A stretch of DNA of 32,000 bases from Candidatus Brocadia sp. (GTDB taxonomy: Bacteria; Planctomycetota; Brocadiia; Brocadiales; Brocadiaceae): assembly GCA_021650915.1 (NCBI GenBank), contig CP091279.1:1410001-1442000 (forward strand), given 5' to 3'. The translations under genes were made by a program, and so were the position numbers. The notes below the pieces were generated by a model, which did no database searches, had not been told where the DNA came from, and saw only the letters and a list, made by a program, of their open reading frames with translations. Below are positions 26,087 through 32,000 of this stretch, piece by piece. The first letter of the stretch is position 1. Every line of letters starts with the position of its first letter.

Positions 26087-26149
26087 GGAATCTGCCTGCG
26101 GACAAAGGGTAGAAATGAACGTATTGCCATAAGACATCATTTCGTTTTT

Positions 26150-27217
26150 TTACCACTTTTTCTTTTTGAAGAAATAGACCATGGTGGCAGTTACGCATGC
26201 CATTATGAGCAAAACCATCGGATATCCCCAGCGCCATTCAAGCTCCGGCAGATATTTGAAATTCATCCCATAAATGCCGGCAATAAAGGTAAGTGGCATA
26301 AATATGGTGGCAATCATGGTAAGCACCTTTATGACGGCGTTTACTCTGTTGCTAATGCTTGAAAGATAAATCTCGAGCATTCCCGCAATCATTTCCCGAA
26401 AGGTTTCAAGGGTATCAATGATATGAATGGTGTGATCATAGATATCCCTTAAATAAATTCTGGTAGATTCCCTCATCAGTAAAGATCCCCCTCGTTCCAG
26501 GCCACCAATTACCTCCCGCAATGGCCATACGGATCTGCGCAATAAAATCATGTTCCTTTTCAGATGATAGATGGTGCGCAAAACCTTAGGAGTCGGGTTG
26601 CTGACCAACTCATCCTCCAGCAATTCAATCTTTTCTCCCAGGGTTTCCATGATAATGAAGTAGTTGTCAACAATTGCGTCGAGCAGGCAATAGGCAAGAT
26701 AATCAGCGCCCATTTTCCTTATGCGGCCTTTATTCGTTCTGACCCGATCCATGATCCCACGAAAAACGTCACCCGCCCGCTCCTGGAATGAAATGACAAA
26801 ATTTGACCCTAAAATCAAGCTTACCTGTTCAGAGATAATTTCACCGTCCTTGCCGTTACAATGCAACATTTTGAGAACGACATAATAGTATGCATCAAAA
26901 TCCTCACACTTGGGACGCTGATCAGTATTCATGATATCCTCCACAATGAGTGGATGCAGCCCAAAACCTTCACCAAGTTTTCCTAATATCTCACCCTCGT
27001 GAATCCCATCGATGTTGATCCACGCCACGGTGGACCGGTTCTTGTCCTTAAAGGGAAAACATTCTTCAACTGACCTCGCCGTCTGTTCATGAAAATGCGC
27101 TTCATCGTACTCGATGATGGCAATCTTTACTTCTTCAGTCTTTTTCTCCCCAATATGAATCAGCGAGCCTGGCGGAAGACCGGCTTTCCGCGATCTTTTT
27201 TTGATGAGTTTTACCAT
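26150..27217 (-). CDS. corA: CorA-family magnesium/cobalt transporter
   Basis: The C-terminal signature is YGMNF with two TM helices. The ORF extends to a GTG at 27286, but the ATG at 27217 (MVKLIKKRSRK) is the more plausible start. Confidence 0.9.
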   Translation of the reverse strand: MVKLIKKRSRKAGLPPGSLIHIGEKKTEEVKIAIIEYDEAHFHEQTARSVEECFPFKDKNRSTVAWINIDGIHEGEILGKLGEGFGLHPLIVEDIMNTDQRPKCEDFDAYYYVVLKMLHCNGKDGEIISEQVSLILGSNFVISFQERAGDVFRGIMDRVRTNKGRIRKMGADYLAYCLLDAIVDNYFIIMETLGEKIELLEDELVSNPTPKVLRTIYHLKRNMILLRRSVWPLREVIGGLERGGSLLMRESTRIYLRDIYDHTIHIIDTLETFREMIAGMLEIYLSSISNRVNAVIKVLTMIATIFMPLTFIAGIYGMNFKYLPELEWRWGYPMVLLIMACVTATMVYFFKKKKW

Positions 27218-27337
27218 AGGAGGCACCTTCTTAAAAACGGTATTGATATTGCCTGAACGCACGGGAAAAGACAAAATCCGAGGCACAAAATCCCGATGTC
27301 TGCCCTGCCGGGGTTTTCAATTCTGACAGGGTTAGTT

Positions 27338-27492
27338 TTATTGTAACACTTTAGTTTTTTGAAAAAGTAGGGGCGAAGCATTTGCCTGCTTGGGGTGTGA
27401 ATACATTTATATCAATTTATGGCAAATGCTTCGCCCTTACACCGTGCGGTAACATTGTTATTATTGTAATTTTTCAAAAACTAAAGTGTTAC
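27338..27492. repeat. Composite long palindrome (nested inverted repeats) between DUF488 gene and corA
   Basis: The outer arms are 27343..27366 and 27470..27492 (complementary except for one base of run length). The inner arms are 27367..27386 and 27421..27440 (19 of 20 complementary, GTAGGGGCGAAGCATTTGCC). A 34-nt central loop and a 29-nt asymmetric insert are present. Confidence 0.7.
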
Positions 27493-27579
27493 GTTTTATT
27501 TATGTGCGTCCGAAAAATATCAAACGCACCCCGGACGATGCTGGATACGGAGTGATGATAACCAGCTTACCAGCAAAAC

Positions 27580-28158
27580 TCAACTTTCTTTTCCGGTTCC
27601 AGGATCGATCTGAGCTGCATCCGGGGGATACGTAATGCGGATGCCACGTACCACAGCCCATGGGGTAAGCTTATGGGGTTGCCTCTTTTTTTCACTCATG
27701 ATGTGTTCAACCTGAATATTTCTGACCAATAACGCGTCGGCAATGAGGGAGCGATGGCAGCGCCAAGGCAGAGACTCAGCGCACATCAATGCAATACGCT
27801 CGCACCCCGCCAATGCAATCATGGTTTCTAAGTTTTTCTCAAATTCCGGTGTTTGCATATAGTCGGCAAAGCCTCTGAACGACGCATTTCGCCATCCGAT
27901 GTTTGGTGAATCGGGACGCGGGTGGCGAAGGCCTCCAAGTCCTGCCATGTGAGTATACCGTATACCAACTGCTTTCAGACTATCTGGCAGTGTTTCGCGA
28001 TTGAATTGCGGATTGCGTCTGGAGCGCGGCACCGTACGCACATCCACGACATGTTTCACTTCGTGAGCACACAAGAGACGAATGAAAACTTCCAGGGTAT
28101 GTATGGAATGACCTATGGTTAGGATAACAGCAGGTTTTTCTGAAGTACCTTTTCTCAT
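27580..28158 (-). CDS. DUF488-family protein
   Basis: The family pattern is TIGHS...VVDVRTVPRSRRNPQFNRETL...GIRYTHMAGLGG. The ORF reaches 28248, but the ATG at 28158 (AAGGA upstream) removes the overlap with the upstream gene. Confidence 0.8.
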   Translation of the reverse strand: MRKGTSEKPAVILTIGHSIHTLEVFIRLLCAHEVKHVVDVRTVPRSRRNPQFNRETLPDSLKAVGIRYTHMAGLGGLRHPRPDSPNIGWRNASFRGFADYMQTPEFEKNLETMIALAGCERIALMCAESLPWRCHRSLIADALLVRNIQVEHIMSEKKRQPHKLTPWAVVRGIRITYPPDAAQIDPGTGKES

Positions 28159-28217
28159 GGAAAGTATCCTTGCCGGGACAAGCCTTAAGCTGATGCATCC
28201 GACTGATAAACAAAGAT

Positions 28218-28769
28218 TCAGTAAATGGTTTCCTCTATCATTAAACACGGCGAGGACTTATTCAGGGAATATGGGCATGCCGTGGGACAGTTGTCCGGCT
28301 GAAGCCATTGGTGACCGCTTTTGCACCGGCATATTTTCAGTCTGCTGCGCATGAGCTGATTTGGCCAGTGCTTAAAAAAAGGGAAAAGGGCATTGCCAAT
28401 GGAAGTAAATGATTCCTGTCGTTCATTGACATTCTTTGCGTTTTTCAACGACTCTGCCCCTTCCAAAACGAGTTGCATCATGTGTTGGCCTGGTCCCTCT
28501 GGCTCAGTCTGAACACCCAACGTTGCGGCATCAATGAGATTTTGAGCCAGGCTGGAGATCTCGCCTGTCCCGCCTTTTACCATGTAACTATAGATATATT
28601 GATACCCCATCAGGATTGTCTGGAAATGGATATAAGTCTGCTTTTTAATAGTAATTACCGTGTCGGTATTATGGCCATGACCCTCGCGTGCAGACACAAA
28701 AGTCGGATAATGAGACACTAAAAAGATAATAAAAAGAATAACACTTTTCACGCCGCGATATTTTATCAC
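28218..28769 (-). CDS. Secreted DUF3347-like protein (tentative)
   Basis: The ORF extends to 28826. The GTG at 28769 has AAGGAG 6 nt upstream and gives a signal peptide (IKYRGVKSVILFIIFLVSHYPTFVSA). The mature part begins REGHGHN. The helical region and C-terminal pattern (C.C....WL......CPY......C...EE.I) loosely resemble DUF3347 as I recall it. Confidence 0.45.
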   Translation of the reverse strand: MIKYRGVKSVILFIIFLVSHYPTFVSAREGHGHNTDTVITIKKQTYIHFQTILMGYQYIYSYMVKGGTGEISSLAQNLIDAATLGVQTEPEGPGQHMMQLVLEGAESLKNAKNVNERQESFTSIGNALFPFFKHWPNQLMRSRLKICRCKSGHQWLQPDNCPTACPYSLNKSSPCLMIEETIY

Positions 28770-28881
28770 ATCAAACTCCTTTATTGTAATGGTGCAAAGG
28801 TATCGCTTCTTTCTCCTCGAAGGCATAACACCTTCCCTTCAACGATTACTCAACGGGCAACCGTTTGTATGTTTTGCGCAC

Positions 28882-29553
28882 TCAAGGCTTGACATCACCT
28901 GCTGGCTCCTCCTGCTTGTCCTGCTCACCCTCTTTTTTCAGGATTTCATCCATGATGCCATCCAGTTTCTCTATGCCCTTCTTAATTTCCGCTGCACAAC
29001 GTTCCAATGCCTCATCCATTTTTTTCGATGCCACATCGCCCAGCTTCTTTATCTTTTCCTCATATTCAGGCATTTTTTGTTTCATCTCTCCCAGGGCTTC
29101 ATTCACACGCTCTGACAATTTTCCACCCAGATCCCGTAAATTTTTCGTAATCTCGGAAAAGGAATTATCTTCCCGTATCGTCTCTTTTGTTTGAACGTAA
29201 TCTACCCGCCATTCTCCATCCTCTTTCTTCAGAATCGTTTGGAACGGAAGAGAAGTTTCCGCGTCATGTCCCGATAACCGAGCGGTGGTGTCTATGGTCG
29301 CAAGATCACCGTCGATAACGATCTTGCCAAACGTCACCACCGCATTCTTGAATCGTTCACCGGAGGGGTCAATCAGGGCACGGGTTTTTGCCGTAGCATA
29401 TTTCCTGCAACTTTCTACATCCTGAACTTTCATGGCATTCCAAAAGTATTGTGCCACCTCCTGCGGGGATTTATTGCCGCGGCATCCGGACGTAAAGATC
29501 AGGGACAACGTAATCAAATAAACACAAACCCAACGCAATCGTCCTGAAATCAT
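28882..29553 (-). CDS. Lipoprotein with NTF2-like (DUF4878-like) domain and acidic/lysine-rich coiled-coil tail
   Basis: Signal peptide with a lipobox-like LIFTSGC. The N-domain pattern is YFWNAMK...GDLATIDT...EDGEWRVDY. Confidence 0.7.
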   Translation of the reverse strand: MISGRLRWVCVYLITLSLIFTSGCRGNKSPQEVAQYFWNAMKVQDVESCRKYATAKTRALIDPSGERFKNAVVTFGKIVIDGDLATIDTTARLSGHDAETSLPFQTILKKEDGEWRVDYVQTKETIREDNSFSEITKNLRDLGGKLSERVNEALGEMKQKMPEYEEKIKKLGDVASKKMDEALERCAAEIKKGIEKLDGIMDEILKKEGEQDKQEEPAGDVKP

Positions 29554-29836
29554 TTTCTCTCCTCCTCAAAATCGATCCTGTAGACGGCTTTCTATCGAAA
29601 TATCCAATATAAAATATAGGATTTTTATGATACTTTCTCAAGTTAAATATGAAATGGTTATGGGACTGGAATTGCGGGCTGAGGATTCATTCATTGATCT
29701 TGGAAGAGAAAGAACCCCTTCTCTCATCTCCGTGCAATATCACAAATTTCTTCTTGAGTGTACGTTTAAATGCGCTATACTTGCATTAGTTTATTGGCAT
29801 ATATTCGCATCAAAATCACTCTCCCGGATCCCAACT

Positions 29837-31558
29837 ATGGCGGCTAGGTCAATATCGATAAAGACGAGGCCAGGTCTGATTACCCTTCTTATCATCATTT
29901 CATCTCTCGCTTTTTTTGAGGGTGACCCTGCATGCGGTCAAACAGAAAACCGGAAACCTCATGTAGCCAAAGAATCAATTGCAGCGGAAGGGGTAACAAC
30001 ACTCGACACCCTCGCTGGCGTTGTTCAATTAATCACCGAATTAAGGGACGAAATCGAAAGCAAGGAAAAGAATCTCGATGAAACCCAAGCGCGTGAAGAG
30101 AGATTGGAAATTAAGAAGGACATTGATAAACTCAATGAACGGCTGGAATCCCTGAAAACAAATTTTGAGGAGATTGCCACGGGTTTGGATCTGGAGGCAT
30201 TTTATCAAAAACCACAAAAACGTTTTGACTGGAAGGAAGAAATCCAGACCCTCGTAGGGCCGATTGTAAATGACTTAAAAAATATGACCGCTCGCCCCCG
30301 GTTAATTGAAAATTTGCGGACACAAGTGGCCTACTACGAAAAGCAAATTTCCCTGGTAAAAGAGGCGCTGGAAAACATCCAGACGATTGCTGTCCAGGTC
30401 AAAGATGAAGCCTTGAAAAATCAACTCATCGGCCTGAAAAATGACTGGACTAGCAAAGGGAGGCAGATTTCAAGCCAGCTTACCATCGCAAAATATCAAT
30501 TGACCGACAAATTGGGCGAAAGAAAGACATTCCTTGAATCGAGTAAAAATATCGTGAGGGTATTTTTCAAGAGCCGGGGGAGAAATTTTGTCTTATCCGT
30601 ACTCGCATTCCTGTTTGTATTCTTCTTGCTTCGTTATATTCACCGGCATCTTTACAAAGGGAGCGCCATCCACAGGACGTTGGCAGGCTCATTCTACATC
30701 CGTCTTGCAGAAGTGTTGTACCAGGTACTCACCTTTGTTGGCGCCACCGGGGCGCTGCTGATCGTATTGTACGTTTGTGGCGACTGGGTACTTTTGGGTA
30801 TAGCGTTCATTTTTATCTTAGGCCTCATCTGGACGGCAAAACAGACCCTTCCCCGTTTCTACGAGCAGGGCACACTCCTCTTAAACCTTGGGCCAGTCAA
30901 GGAAAATGAACGGGTAATATACAACGGCCTTCCCTGGAAGGTGGTCTCACTACACTTCTATACGCAGCTGGTGAATCCGGAATTGAAGGGAGGAATGATC
31001 AGGCTTCCCCTGAATGAACTCAAGGATATCAGGTCACGCCCCTATCATCACGATGAACCCTGGTTTCCGTGCAAAGAAAAGGACTGGGTTATCCTTAATG
31101 ACGGAACTATGGGGAACGTGACGATACAGACTCCTGAAATTGTGCAGCTTGCTGTTGCCGGAGGAAGTTTTAAAACGTATCCCACGGCGGTATTTTTAAA
31201 CCAGAACCCCCTCAACCTCTCCAGGAACTTTAGTGTCAGGGTTACTTTTGGCATTGCATACCAACATCAGGCAATTGGTATTACCGAAGTCCCTCAAAAA
31301 CTGAAAGAGGCAGTAAACGCAGGACTTATCAGGGAAGGATATCAGGGTGATCTCATGAATCTGAATGTGGAATTTAAAGAAGCGGCCGATTCATCCCTGG
31401 ACTACCTGATTTTTGCCGAGTTCTCAGGACGAGTCGCAAAAGACTATTATAAACTTTCCCGAATCATTCAAAAGATCGCATTGGAAGCATCCAATACAAA
31501 CGGATGGGAAATTCCTTTCACGACATACACGGTTCATACGGTTCCGTCTCACCAATAG
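29837..31558 (+). CDS. MscS-family mechanosensitive channel-like protein with long N-terminal coiled-coil periplasmic domain
   Basis: The ORF starts at 29627, but the ATG at 29837 (MAARSISIKTRPGLITLLIIISSLAFF) gives a signal/anchor sequence. The coiled-coil region is followed by 3 TM helices, then a beta-domain pattern (VIYNGLPWKVVSLHFYTQLVNP...IRLPLNEL) like the MscS pore-proximal domain. Confidence 0.55.
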   Translation: MAARSISIKTRPGLITLLIIISSLAFFEGDPACGQTENRKPHVAKESIAAEGVTTLDTLAGVVQLITELRDEIESKEKNLDETQAREERLEIKKDIDKLNERLESLKTNFEEIATGLDLEAFYQKPQKRFDWKEEIQTLVGPIVNDLKNMTARPRLIENLRTQVAYYEKQISLVKEALENIQTIAVQVKDEALKNQLIGLKNDWTSKGRQISSQLTIAKYQLTDKLGERKTFLESSKNIVRVFFKSRGRNFVLSVLAFLFVFFLLRYIHRHLYKGSAIHRTLAGSFYIRLAEVLYQVLTFVGATGALLIVLYVCGDWVLLGIAFIFILGLIWTAKQTLPRFYEQGTLLLNLGPVKENERVIYNGLPWKVVSLHFYTQLVNPELKGGMIRLPLNELKDIRSRPYHHDEPWFPCKEKDWVILNDGTMGNVTIQTPEIVQLAVAGGSFKTYPTAVFLNQNPLNLSRNFSVRVTFGIAYQHQAIGITEVPQKLKEAVNAGLIREGYQGDLMNLNVEFKEAADSSLDYLIFAEFSGRVAKDYYKLSRIIQKIALEASNTNGWEIPFTTYTVHTVPSHQ

Positions 31559-31626
31559 TCTTCTGAGAACAACGCCATCCGCTTGACGGGATTATAATGG
31601 CCATGAGCAAACGATCCTTTTAGGCA

Positions 31627-32000
31627 TTACGAATGCCCTCTTAAAACGACCCGCGCCGGACTGCCGTCACCGTCCTTTATCTTCAATGGCAACGCGATCA
31701 GTTCGTACTCCCCCGGTTTTACCTCATTCAAATCAAGCCCTTCAATGATAATGATACCCTTGTTCAAAAGTATGTGGTGGACGTCTGCATGCACACGGTC
31801 AAACTTATCGACCGACAGATAATCAATCCCGACCAATTTCACGTTATGCATCGCTAAATATGCGGCAGCCGCCTGGGTCAGATAGACAAAATCCTCGATA
31901 AATGCCGAGTGTTTCCAATAGGTAGAGTTAATCGTCTTAAAAATAACCCGTTCGCACTTTTCTATTTCTAATGATTTTAAATTCTCCGCATCAATTTTTT
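31627..32000 (-). CDS. Cyclase-family protein (arylformamidase/kynurenine formamidase-like), 5' end beyond window
   Basis: The reading frame stays open from 32000 down to the stop at 31627. The translation ...FKTINSTYWKHSAFIEDFVYLTQAAAAYLAMHNVKLVGIDYLSVD...HHILLNKGIIIIEGLDL...PLKIKDGDGSPARVVL matches the cyclase (PF04199-like) C-terminal pattern. Confidence 0.7.
   Translation of the reverse strand, partial: KIDAENLKSLEIEKCERVIFKTINSTYWKHSAFIEDFVYLTQAAAAYLAMHNVKLVGIDYLSVDKFDRVHADVHHILLNKGIIIIEGLDLNEVKPGEYELIALPLKIKDGDGSPARVVLRGHS

Noticed and set aside
27287-27579. An Mg2+-sensing (M-box-type) riboswitch upstream of corA.
   Set aside because: I could not recognise the conserved M-box core. 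The region is dominated by a simple nested palindrome that looks like a repeat element rather than a multi-helix aptamer. This needs an Infernal scan to exclude it formally.
1-32000. Searched by eye for CRISPR arrays, tRNA/rRNA genes, transposases, integrases, and toxin-antitoxin or restriction-type defence genes.
   Set aside because: I found no regularly spaced short direct repeats, no tRNA-like T-arm/anticodon structures and no recombinase motifs. The only methyltransferase has no partner nuclease. A computational scan (tRNAscan-SE, Infernal, ISfinder, DefenseFinder) would be needed to confirm absence.

Overview
I read this 32-kb chromosomal window as coming from an anammox planctomycete (Brocadiales). 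The background G+C is low, roughly 38-40% from hand-sampled lines, and the gene order looks Kuenenia-like; no database search was possible. The minus strand of 0.8-13.2 kb carries the hydrazine synthase supercluster. In transcription order it holds a c554-type multihaem cytochrome, a heptahaem cytochrome and an FdnI-like membrane cytochrome b, which together look like a quinol-linked electron-transfer module. These are followed by an orphan sigma-54-dependent response regulator, a small secreted Cys-rich protein, and the three hydrazine synthase genes (beta-propeller subunit, dihaem CCP/MauG-like subunit, 810-aa alpha subunit). A strong terminator follows, then a two-gene operon (DUF1573 protein plus a phosphoesterase-like/tetrahaem cytochrome fusion). 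The 13.4-18.6 kb stretch is housekeeping: accC, accB, an M24 Xaa-Pro peptidase, dnaA and an AT-rich putative oriC. Unexpectedly, a 482-bp internal piece of dnaA is repeated on the far side of the oriC-like region, with 12 substitutions, one of which creates a stop. This copy abuts a 285-bp GC-rich structured segment. The 19.4-26.1 kb stretch holds a SAM methyltransferase, 1.25 kb of ORF-free DNA with hairpin clusters, and a dabA-dabB (DUF2309 + NuoL-like) inorganic-carbon module. The remainder contains corA, a 155-bp composite palindrome, DUF488, a DUF3347-like protein, a lipoprotein, an MscS-like channel and a truncated cyclase-family gene. I recognised no rRNA, tRNA, CRISPR array, transposase or integrase. 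The many long plus-strand ORFs over 3.4-8.3 kb are antisense artefacts of a strong C-over-G skew.
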